A stretch of 62,017 bases of DNA, counting the filler, from Choristocarpus tenellus KU-1152 (Eukaryota > Protista > Phaeophyceae), in the NCBI GenBank assembly GCA_964200185.2. It is 10 parts of 10 records of this genome, joined end to end, with 100 filler letters (N's around TTAATTAATTAA, not from the genome) between each part and the next. Parts side by side here need not be neighbours in the genome. Positions count along the whole stretch, not along the records: positions 40,882 to 59,320 come from CAXNAD020000552.1; positions 59,421 to 62,017 come from CAXNAD020026416.1; 8 more parts are not named here. One strand, given 5' to 3'. Shown in pieces: positions 40,782 to 62,017 of this stretch. The notes under the pieces were generated by a model. The model had not been told where the DNA came from. It ran no database searches and was given only the letters and a program-made list of their open reading frames with translations. A program made the translations under genes and the position numbers. Positions within the stretch are counted from its first letter, which is position 1. Each line of letters begins with the position of its first letter.

Positions 40782-41229
40782 NNNNNNNNNNNNNNNNNNN
40801 NNNNNNNNNNNNNNNNNNNNNNNNNTTAATTAATTAANNNNNNNNNNNNNNNNNNNNNNNNNNNNNNNNNNNNNNNNNNNNAGGAAATAATCGAGTTATT
40901 TACACACACAAGTCTTGGGAACACCAGTTTCTTTAACACTGGGCTAGGTTGATTCCTGCAGTAGAAACAAGTGTTACAGGGTGGGGAAGTCTCGGTAGGA
41001 TCTCCATGTTACAGCATGCCCCAGAAGCTTACCTCCACAGGATTTATAGCTCTAATCTACAGGCCTATAGATGATACTGATGCACATATAGGACTCCTGA
41101 TGCACAAGTCGTCAAGTATGCTGGATCTTTCACTTAGATTATCACCAATATCATTGTATAAAAAGGAACTGGTCAGCGATGTCTTATCACAATCAGGGAC
41201 CATAATGACCAAACAATAAATAAATAGTC

Positions 41230-41640
41230 AAATAGTACAAATATATAAAATCTAGGACTTTAAGGTCATAATGATGTGTATGAAACCGCCATTAAGACAT
41301 ATTGTCTGTAACACAAGCTCCAGTTTTGAGGGCGTGGGTTGGTGACTCTGGGAAAGTGTGGCAGAGGTCTTGTCCATATTTAAGTCAATGCCTACTTCTT
41401 GGAGGTCAGTTTTTAAATGCTCGAAAGTAGCTATGATGTTAGGGTCAATCTTCCTTGCAGATATTATGGACGTGTCGTCCACATAGCTCTGGTAGGAAAT
41501 CCCTTGGGGTCCAAAAGCAGATTGGACTTGCTGTAGCGCCTTATGGGTCTCCCTGTCGGGTCCCAGATCTTGATGGTAGGATCTTCATCCCTCGCTCATC
41601 CAGGGGGAGAAGAAGATTTCGGGTGTTCCCATATACCTTG
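41230..41640 (-). mobile_element. Non-LTR reverse transcriptase fragment
   Basis: RQGDP*G, SYVDDTSI and GIDLNMDKT in RT motif order. Confidence 0.7.
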
Positions 41641-41991
41641 GTAGTCTTTAAACCATATTTGTGTGTGGTGTGAGTCACACGGGATAATAATAAAATAAAA
41701 TATTGGTACACCAACTATACTCCAACAATATTTATTTGTGTTGTAAATCGAAATATTTCAGGAGATATTAAGAAAATCTTGAGTAATACTTCTTAACATT
41801 ATATGTGCTACAAAAACACCTAAAAAATAAAGTAATTTCTAATATGTGATTTGTTTCCTCGGACATATCTCCAAAATGTGAGAGGGAATAATAATTAAAT
41901 ATTTTAATTGTTGTTTATTTTACTTTTTATGCGCTTTGTTTAGTTGTTTATTCTAGCGAACCAGCATAATTTACTTTTTCATAATGCTCCA

Positions 41992-42025
41992 CGGTATGAT
42001 TGGCGGTATGATTCGCGGTACTATT
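41992..42025 (+). promoter_or_regulatory. Three 12-bp-spaced CGGTA(TG/CT)ATT motifs upstream of eEF2, candidate promoter element
   Basis: CGGTATGATT at 41992 and 42004, CGGTACTATT at 42016, at the AT-rich to GC-rich transition ~165-200 bp upstream of the ATG, followed by a pyrimidine tract near 42050. Confidence 0.35.
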
Positions 42026-42188
42026 TTCAGTTGTCCGTCCGCCCGCCCGTCCTTTCTTGATTCACTGGTGAGGATGCGCTGTTGTGTGTTATTCGCCCAC
42101 CCTACAGCAGTCCTGCCGAGAAGAACGAGAAGCTGAAGCTTCTCTCTAAGTTCCTCACACTTCGGCCTCGGCCTCCACCGAAGCTACC

Positions 42189-52509
<10,321 letters not shown>

Positions 52510-54125
52510 ATTGGGTACACTATTTTTCTGGGATGAGAATGAGGGACAAGGTTACCGACGAAGTGTTGGAGGGGAAGATGTTGCGTCTCTGTTCTAATTT
52601 GTTTACTGCGTGGTGGAGATGAGGTAGTAAGCACCTACATCTCAATGTGATACCTCCTGTTGTAGGACTGTTTAAGAGGGTGAAGCTGGAAGTGTGCCAA
52701 GCAGCTAACGAATTTGTCCCATTCGACAGGAAGCAGTGATCATTTTGAAATGCACTGTTGTTCAAGCGTGTGGACCTCAGCTTTGTGTGAATAATGTGGA
52801 AAAGTCTTGTGAAAAGTGTTTTCACCTTACTCATTTTTGTTGGTGGATAAGATGCATTGTTCGTCCCATAACTGGTGTGATCGTGCTATGCAGATGAGTT
52901 ATCTTCTAGGTACTCCCTTATATGCTTAATGTTGTCTGGTCTTGCTTGACCAGAACTGGTGAGCCTTTGATCATCCATTTCTGTTGTTGCAGGTATGCAA
53001 ATTGTTTGTGTTGATTGGTGAAGGTATAAGAAAGAGTAATGACCATCACGTACACATCGTCTACTTTATTCTCTTGTACCTGTGAGGATAACAAAAAAAT
53101 GGCACACATCATACTGTGTTATGGAAGTTATCAGGAAATAAACACGATTGTGGATGGATTCTAACCTCTTTTTTTTGGTACTATTGTATGTTCTACTATA
53201 ATAAGTTGAATGGATGTTGAGGTACTCCCTTTGACACCACTCTGAATGGAGGTACACCCTGAACTCTCCCTTGAGTATCAACATGGTAGAGGTTTGTGTA
53301 CAACTTTGCTGTACATGATCCATAAAATAAATCTCCCCTATAATGGGTAGATGTTCCTGTGTTGTATGTCTCGTCCTATAATATCTCATCAACAGCAAAT
53401 AACAAGTAGACCTAAACACTTAATAAATAGTGAACGTCACACATAATGGAATCTAAATCCTCATTGCCCCTAGACCTCACAGGCTTCACAATAATAGAAG
53501 GAACACCAGAGTATGTACATGATGTGGTCCTTTCACCCCACATACTAGGAAAGACTAGGTTGGAAAAGGCCGGGAGTACATCAAACAGTTATTAGGTGCA
53601 TTATAGTCTGATAAATCTTATTTACAAATCTTCCTCTCCTTCTCACTATTTATCTCGTTTCTTCAGTCCTCAATACTAGGTCCACTCGACATAAAACATC
53701 ATACAAACCTCATAAGAGCTACGACCTTCAATACAAGATTAATAATTCTCTAGTTTGGGACAAATGATACTGCTGCTATCGTACGCCACCATTGCTGGAT
53801 TTTGTGTTGATCCTGTGAAAAGAGCTTAACATCCACTCTTGCTCCTTCCTCAAAATCTTTTCACTCTATATGTATGTATGTAGTATACATTATTTTTTTT
53901 TATGACACACACACACAATCTGCGAGTACTAGAAACCGACGGCTTAGGTTCTCAGTCTGTGCTTGTAGGACAAAAGCGATAATCTTGGATCAGGCTTGAA
54001 GAACGGACACATCTTATCAACACTGCAAACAGCGAGGTATCAAGCTTGGAGAAAGGGCACAACCTAACATGAGTTCGCAAGATATCTTCTGCACATGATA
54101 TTACTGTTGTTATCGTTACTCTATG

Positions 54126-57100
54126 TCAAGCAGAACCAAACTCCTTCATCCACTCCTCGTACTTCTCCAGATCAGCCTTCCCCACAGATTTGGAAATCTG
54201 TACATTTGATTTGAGTAGGTAAGGGAAATGAGTCTGTGGTATGCACACGTCATAGAGAGGGCAAGGTGATAGGGTGTTGTGGTATAGGAGAGGAACACAT
54301 GACGAGGACAAAGGAGGAGGACCTTTTCTTGGATATTGGTGTATATACACTGCCACTATTACTGTGGGAACACTGTTCTACTTTGAAAGCATTAAATTGC
54401 ACTCACATCATTAACCCTCCCTTCCCCCCCCCACCCCATAGGTAAATTGCCCGATCTTACAAAGAAAGGCAGGGAAGGTGTGGAGAGGAAGCAGGAGTTG
54501 TACAATCTGGCGCCGTCTACAAAACATCACACTGGACTAAATAAAAAATAAAAAATGGTCAGCATGTAGTACTGAGTAGTTCATTGTCATACTGGAGTAT
54601 TCACAAGCATAAAACAAGCGACCATCATATTCCTGAAGGCTGTAGTACCTGAGGACTCAAAGAGTACGATTGTTAATAAAAGAATAGTATATACAAAAAA
54701 AATTGATCCAAATCTGTTGAAAAAACTGGACAAGGACTACATTTGAATTCCCAGATCCTACTCCTGTTATTTTGCCTAATTTGTTCACCCCTGACAAAAA
54801 CATGATTTGTTGCTCTTAAGGTTGAAATGGAGATTAAGATCTCTGGGCGACAAGGTTGGTTGCATCACTGCAAGAGCAACTGATCTGGTACAATGTAAAA
54901 GCAAGGCTGTGAGAGTGTTGGAGAAGCATATCAAGGCAAGTGATGTCAACATGGAGGATGATGATCAGCGATACGAAGAGATGTAGTGGGTTATATTTGA
55001 TAACTCTGTGAGGAGCAATACATGGTTTGCAGAAGACACTCATCCCCCATTCCCTGCAATGATCCAAACTTCTTTTGCCTGTGCAGAGGGGGTATGATAT
55101 GTGATCACAGGTTGGTAATAGGTGCTGGGACAAATTGACACCATTGATGGAGCTGTATGTACTCTTTGGAGTAGCTAACCAATCATGGGATAACAATTCG
55201 CTAGTAACGTTGAATGACAGACGATTATATCGTAGATACTTGTTGTTGTCCCACTGAGTATTATCCTACTGAGTATTGATTTCTCTGTTGAGGGTGCCCT
55301 TTAGGTGTAAGGGAGTAAGTGGATAGATACATTCGTCCACGGTGGGCGATGGGCTTTGCTTCACCCTTGTTTATGCTCATCGAAAATTTATTACAGGAAT
55401 CATACTTTTGTGGCATCTTCATCATCACGCGGGAATTGAAGGTCATGTTCACAAAGGCAAACACCTGAATTGAGTTGAGTTGGTGCCAAATCATGCCGGA
55501 CCACAGCAGCAAAGCCCCCCCCGCAAGGTGCTGGATGACACGAGGCAGCAAAGTGACTAGGGCCATGTAGTGTGCCAGTATGCCACGATTGAAGCGCGGT
55601 TCAGAAACATAAAACACTCCAATAGAAATTAATTGAATGGTGTCTTGTGATCTTTTAAAATTCAAATATGTTACCCACACTTGTTTGGGGATATTGAGGC
55701 AAGGTAGACAGGAGAGAACTGGTGCATGTGCTTGCAAGACGGCCTGTAGAGGTTTCGAGATCGAAGTTGTCGGATGATCACAGGGGTAACGAACCAACAC
55801 AAGTGGTATGAGCATGTGGTTGATGGCACCATGATCTTCACGGCAGAGCAACACTCCAAGGAAGCTGTGATAGCTGATGTATGTCATGTGAAAGCAGCAC
55901 CGGCTATTGCAGCCCAAGCAACCGAACACCACCGCTGTCTGCTGAATGCTGCCTTCTCATTGAAATTCTCTTTTCGAGTCGATAGTTATTGCGTCCCTCT
56001 TTTTCCCTTCCCTTTGATAGTCTTCGTTTGACATTTGATGAGTGTTTATTCCTCTCAGGTTTGGCTCTTTCTTGGGTGTTCGTGCAATACAACAAGATTC
56101 TCTTTGTTGCTGTAACAGGTTCGCGGTGTTTCCTTCTCCATATTTATTTTTTTTCTCATCTTTTCTTTTCTCCTCTCATTGCCTTTAATTGTTCTTCTGC
56201 TTTTTTTAGTTTTCATTTTTTTTCCTCAAGCGGTGTGTACTGTCTACCTTTCGAACATGATTGTACCTTCAGACTAATGTGGAAGAAATAATGTCAACAA
56301 TAGTATTAATGTATACTTTGAAGTAATATATATATATATATATCGCTCAGAACAGAGCATGGTTCGACATCTTGTTTATGCCAAGTGAGGATATTGATCG
56401 GCCACAAGAAAATTTGCACTCAAGGCTGACTGCTCAGCACTGAAAAAATTCTAACATTAGTGATTTAAAAAAAAAACAAATGTATAGCATATATGTAACA
56501 TTAATTTTTGAAAGCTTGAGGTTATCATCCGGAAATGAGTGAAAGTATCTTGGAGGGTACGGATTTTTTCCCGGCTTGTCCATTTGGTGCTTGACTTCCC
56601 ATGTTTTTTTTAATGACATTTTCCTACTCCAAATTGTTTCGGAGTAAGTAAAATGTGTATGTTATGAAAATGCGTGTCTGGAACAAGGATATTGACACTT
56701 CCTAACAAACAAGATAGCCAAAAATTTCATCAAAATCACAAAATCAGATTTTGGCCTCCAAATGGACGCGCCTCTTACCCTCTAAGATATTTTGACTCAA
56801 TCTTGGTATTTGATTATTCGCTCTTTTTACATCTACCACCCCTGCCTGAGGATTGACATGAAATATCAGCCTAACCTCAATTGAAGCACAGCAGTTGCAG
56901 ACAGTTGGGTTTGGAGGGCCAAAGTGAAACTGTGCTTTGCGATTGCACAATATTCTACTTTGAAGTAGCCACAATTTAGTAGGTATAGTCAGAATTACTA
57001 GTTCTGATCACATTGAGGGGGTTGAGACATGCCCTAGAGTTTTCCCCCTCTCTTGTAGCAACCAAGTCAGCGCATCAAACCTTTTGCAAGGCTGCCCGGA

Positions 57101-58592
57101 AATCGTCCATGGTCACTGCAGCAGCTAATTGCTCCCTCATCCCCATGATGTGCTGTTGTATCTCCACACCAGAGAGGCCCCTCCTATGAGCCTCATCCAT
57201 CACCCGTCGAACACTCATCATGGCAGCATCCCGGCAGACCACCGCCACGTCAGCCCCACTGTACCCAGATGTAGATTCAGAAAGGGCGTCAAGGTCCACA
57301 TCATCATCCACCTGAGTCATCACATTGGGTTAGGGTTAAATCTCAAGGCAAAGGGGGGAAGGGAACACAGCGCAAGCAGCAATTTCTAGGCCAATAGTAC
57401 GGATTGGACTACTTCTGACATAACGTCACTCCAAGAAAAACATACATATTTTCTCTGCATTTTTTTCTTTTTAAACCTTCCTCAACTTAGTTTTAACTGT
57501 TTGTTTCGATAGATTGTTGTTGGTGCTGATCGACAGATATAATATCAAGAAGATATATTTCAAGGTTTAGGTTATCACCACCGACATGTGTATTTGTTTG
57601 ATGCAGAAATGCGACCCTTAGGGCTTTCCAAAAAAAGAGTCGAAAGCCAGGGGTGATACTGCTGGCAAGTGTGTTCAGTGGGCGAGTACTCGAGAAGCTA
57701 TAAGGCACATATGACAGAGTATTGCCACAGTGATATATTTCGTGTCATGGATGCGAGGCCTTTCACCTTACTTGGTGGAAAGGCCACCACGTGTTCACAA
57801 ACCTTCACAAATAAATTTCTACTCACAGAATCAAGAGTAGAATCTGGAAGCATTTGGACTACACTGATTGGAATGCTTTGTACAAGCAAATTTTTTGAAA
57901 GAAGAAGAAAGCCACACTATGGTGGTTCCAAGTGTTCATTGGGGAAAGGGGTAGGTTGGAGCAATGGCATGAAGGAAGGTTGTGCTGATTTTGGGAAGGA
58001 ACGAATGTGTCCACTTGTATAGGGTTCGGAGTGCCTATCGTTTTTTCTTAGGGGATGGAAAAAGTGAAACACAGTGAATCAAGCACTGTACATATGTACA
58101 TTTCCCAGTAAGAATTGATCCTTCAGGTGTCTTTTCAGGGAGGCACGAAATATCTCCTGCAAAACCCGTTTGCTCTTCTTGATCCCCTCTTCTTGTGAAA
58201 CCTCAATGCCCTCTCGGAGAGTCTCCTCAAGTTCTCATGGAGATATAGGTGAGTGTACTCGTATTTATGGAGTCCTAACATGGGCACATTGCACCTTCAA
58301 ATTTTCTTTTCCCAGCTCCCTCACCATGACTTCTGGATACTACCAGACACTAACAATCTACTCCATTTTACCCCAAAAGTCACGACTGTTACTTGTTTCT
58401 CTGACCTCATTGCCTCCCTCTCCTTCAATTAATTGTTGTTGTTCAAAGTTTTCATGATACATGCACGTTGGGTTAGGGTTAGGGTTAGGGCTAGGGCTAT
58501 TACCCACCTCAACATCCCCCAGGTTTATTCTGAATAGCTCCTTGCGTCCCACTTTGCTTGGCAATGGAATATAGATGCGTTTTTCAAGGCGC
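54126..58592 (-). CDS. KATNA1: Katanin p60 ATPase subunit A-like (AAA+), last three exons; 5' part missing at contig end
   Basis: Phase-compatible exons 58592-58508 ([11 protein letters not shown]), 57311-57081 ([17 protein letters not shown]...[11 protein letters not shown]) and 54197-54126 ([23 protein letters not shown]), all AG/GT bounded. The Vps4_C-type tail ending EFGSA is typical of katanin p60; KATNA1 vs KATNAL1 not resolvable. Confidence 0.88.
54900..56240 (+). mobile_element. Probable degraded LINE (RTE-like) 3' end in katanin intron
   Basis: Weak C-terminal pattern ([21 protein letters not shown]) followed by a T-rich tail; boundaries approximate. Confidence 0.35.
56537..56798 (+). 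mobile_element. MITE family A copy in katanin last intron
   Basis: Both TIRs, AAT duplication. Confidence 0.9.
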
Positions 58593-60571
58593 CTGGGGAC
58601 AAGGTTTGGTGGCAAAGATTTCGGTACAAGGTAATGAAAAGAGCAAGAGCAGGTGGATGCTTCAACACCAGGCAACTAGTCTTTGTGTTTTTTATGAGGA
58701 AAATCAAAGGTTAAGGATAATGTTGTGCTAGTACCTGTTAGAATTCTGAGGCGACATTTGTGCCTCATCCCAACCCTTCAGTGGTCCTTCGATACAACTA
58801 ATCTCAGGAGAACTCTGTGCAATGGTAGTGATCGCACATCTATGCACCATGCAGTACTTCTCACAATCCCTGTAACCTTCATGGTAGTATGAAAGTACAA
58901 AGTCCTCAGAGTGAACACCACCAATTGGTCTCATTTATTTTTTGTCAATGTTTGTACTCTGAGACCTACTTTGGTGCCTTGAGCGTTCTGAGTTATCCCA
59001 GTAATGTGCTTCCTTGCCACAGAGATGTTTCACCACTGGTAACATTGCTATGGCAAGAAACTTCCCACGCTCTTTCTCAGCATTCCAATTTTAATTCAGC
59101 ATTCCAATTTTAGTGCAATAGTAGTGACCGGGCAAGAGTGCAGGTCGAACCACTGCACCAAAGTCCACAGAGTGGATGGGTGTTGAAACTATGCTTTGAA
59201 AAATATCATTAGTCTGCCCTCCATTGCCCACAGTATCATAGGGGAATGACACAGGGTAGATGCCCTGAATCTTGGAGAGAATGCCATAAACTGTCCCCTG
59301 AGACCCAAAGTATTTGGGGGNNNNNNNNNNNNNNNNNNNNNNNNNNNNNNNNNNNNNNNNNNNNTTAATTAATTAANNNNNNNNNNNNNNNNNNNNNNNN
59401 NNNNNNNNNNNNNNNNNNNNGTATAACGCTATATGGCATACGGCAATAACGGTATAATAACAGACAAACATGCTTTCCACAATAGTTCACTTCGCTATTT
59501 GTGATTTTGGTAGATCTCCACGTCCAAAGAAGATACTACTCAACTATCATCCACACAAATACTGTAGTAAAATATTTTAAAAATAGTTGAAAATTTGTAT
59601 CATGAAGCGTTTCAGTCAATTTTGTCGTTTTTTCTGTAGGCATATTATTACGCCAGGAACTAAGTCAACGAGAAGAAGGATATGGCAAATCAGTTCCACG
59701 GTGTCAATGATTGATTGTACCACTCTATAATGATGCAAACCCTCTGATCGACTGTCAATGCGACCGAGGTTCGAACACATTTGGTCGAGGACAGACACTA
59801 GTAGACCTACCACTACAGTAGTCGCTGTGGTACTTCACTCTCATTATAATATAGCTCAAAGGGAGACTGCAAGTAGGAGGGGTGGGGAGAGAAGGCAACC
59901 CATAGCGCAATGGCTATACTTCGTGTACTGTTTTGAGGGAGCTCTGCTCCCCCATCGGGTACGTACGCCACGAAGTACCAGCTCAATTATTCGCTAATGC
60001 CTGGCATGCACAGATACCTCTTACCTTTCCTTGAGGACGGATTAGCGCTGACGTGCAACAACACCAGGCAGGTAAAATGTTGTTAGTTTGAAGGACGCTT
60101 TGTCTTTTTGTTGCTGTGATACTCCAGTCGATGAGACCTATTTCAATTGATGACCGGCTGACCCAATGACAGAGGTGATGGGCCATGATGGGGACATTTC
60201 GATTCCGGGGACCAGAGGCGGATCTTCGCGAGTGATACCGGTCGTGGCCACGCCCGAAATAGGTGCGACCCATTTCGAAATGTTACCTGTGACAGTATAA
60301 ATTACGTCAACTCCGTTTGTTGTTGAACACTGTGCCGGTTTGACTTTAGAAGGAAGATCCATGCGCTCAGCAGACCCAACCTGCCAGAGTCAGTCAATTA
60401 CTTGAAGGAGGATATGCATACTGCAAAAAGATGGTCTTAGTTTCAAGCATTTTTTTTAATTTGTTATGTTCGGCTTCAAGTCGTCAGTACAATCCACAGG
60501 AAGTCTAAGCGCAACGCAATAGGAATTTATCTGGCGAAACAGTTGTGGTGATCAAGAGGAGTTTATGAAGG

Positions 60572-60830
60572 GAGTGAAAGTATCTTAGAGGGTACGAGTT
60601 TTTCCCTGTTTGTCCATTTGGGGCTTGGCTTCCCACGGGTTTTTTTATGACATTTTTCTACTCTAAAATGTTTCGGAGTAGGTAAAATGTATATTCTATG
60701 AGAAAGTGTATCCAGAAGGAGGATATTGACCTCTCCTAACAAACACGATAGCAAAAATTACATTAAAATCGCAACATTGGATTTTGTCCCCCAAAAGGTC
60801 CCGGCTCTACCCTCTCAGGTACTTTGACTC
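60572..60830 (+). mobile_element. MITE family A copy
   Basis: GAGTGAAAGTATC...GTACTTTGACTC, flanks AAGG/GAGG. Confidence 0.9.
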
Positions 60831-61732
60831 GAGGGTAGAAAATCGTGAAGGTTGCTGCGTTGTCAAAGTTGGTGGACTGAGACATGTTTGAGTAAGAAGT
60901 CAAATATATGGAGATTGCCATCACCATGTATAAGTCAACAGCGAAGAAACATCGAACATAGGAAGAGGTACCGAAATTGCTGAACAAATCGTCCCTGATC
61001 ACGGAAGGAGTTAGGGGCAACAGTGTAGATATTGGTTCAAGATGCCATGGATCACACTCTGAAAATATAGTTGTGCATTTTAAGAGGCAATTTGTAAGAG
61101 AAAAGCGTTGGGTAGATATTTGAGCTTTCTCCCTCTTGAACTCATTAATTGTAGTACGTGATTTGTTCATGCTATTTAAATGTAGATTCTCATTCAGGGA
61201 GGGAACTGAAAATATTCTTCAAACCAATGAGTGAAACCATTGAGGAGGGGAGGCATTTTGGTACTTTTGAGTTCCAAGGCCTAAGGTACACCATGCCCAT
61301 GCCAGGAACTCACTTTAACCCCACTTAGGAGAGCATGACTGTGGAAGGAAATTAGCTGAGAACACATTGTTAGTTGGAAGCGCCCACCAGAGTGCTCAAG
61401 ACACATACTACAGGACAGTCATAAGGGCTCTTAAAAAAAATTACTGCACCCCCTCTTAGATTGTATCACTCTAGCGTACCCTGGAATAAAAATATGCCTA
61501 GCAAAGAAATAGTCACTTTTCTAGAAGAAAAAATACGATTCGAAGTGTCTTATACAATCTTTTCTTCAGTCGGACAGGGAAAGGAGGTGGTTGGTGTTTG
61601 GCATAATGTTGAAGGTATAATGTCCACAAGGAGGTGATCGCCTTTTGACTGAAAAGTGCTTTTTTACTCACTCAGTTTTTTGTCAATGCAACAATGTGCA
61701 TATTCACTCTCTCTATAGACACTAGTAGCACA

Positions 61733-62017
61733 GAGTGAAACTATCTTAGAGGGTACGAATTTTTCCTTGTTTGTCCATTTGTGGGGCTTGGCTTCCCATG
61801 TTTTTTTTTGTGACATTTTCCAACTCCAAAAGGTTTCGTAGTAGGTGAAATATATCCATTTGTGGGGCTTGGCTTCCCATTTTTTTTTGTAATGACATTT
61901 TCCAACTACAAAATGTTTTGTAGTAGGTAAAATGTATACATTTGTGGGGCTTGGCTTCCCATGGTTTTTTTTAATGACATTTTCCGACTACAAAATGTTT
62001 GGGAGTAGGTAAAATGT
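61733..62017 (+). mobile_element. MITE family A copy with tandemly triplicated ~82-bp internal segment
   Basis: Left TIR, then units starting CATTTGTGGGGCTTGGCTTCCCAT at ~61776, 61857 and 61939. Confidence 0.85.

Noticed and set aside
59983-60362. Upstream katanin exons beyond the last linker
   Set aside because: No Walker A/B or other AAA motifs in any frame, and it is a separate contig.

Overview
Eukaryotic, intron-rich, repeat-rich DNA, most likely a brown alga or related stramenopile (inferred from the eEF2 sequence, GT-AG intron density and TTAGGG-type repeats). It is not one contiguous locus: ten contigs are joined by nine artificial 100-bp linkers (44 N + TTAATTAATTAA + 44 N). Host genes: a complete 17-exon eEF2 (42189-52509, +), the last three exons of a convergent katanin p60 gene (-), and exon fragments of an LRR protein, a WD40 protein, a Regnase/Zc3h12a-type NYN ribonuclease and an unknown helical protein. 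Mobile DNA: a Ty1/copia nested in a Ty3/gypsy, non-LTR remnants, two DD39D-type mariner remnants plus a Stowaway-like MITE, and two related MITE families with ~4-bp TSDs. Best lead: two ~300-nt paralogous structured RNAs in eEF2 introns 11 and 14 with compensatory base changes, H and ACA boxes, and a guide pocket complementary to the LSU rRNA sequence just 5' of the sarcin-ricin loop, the site eEF2 itself binds.
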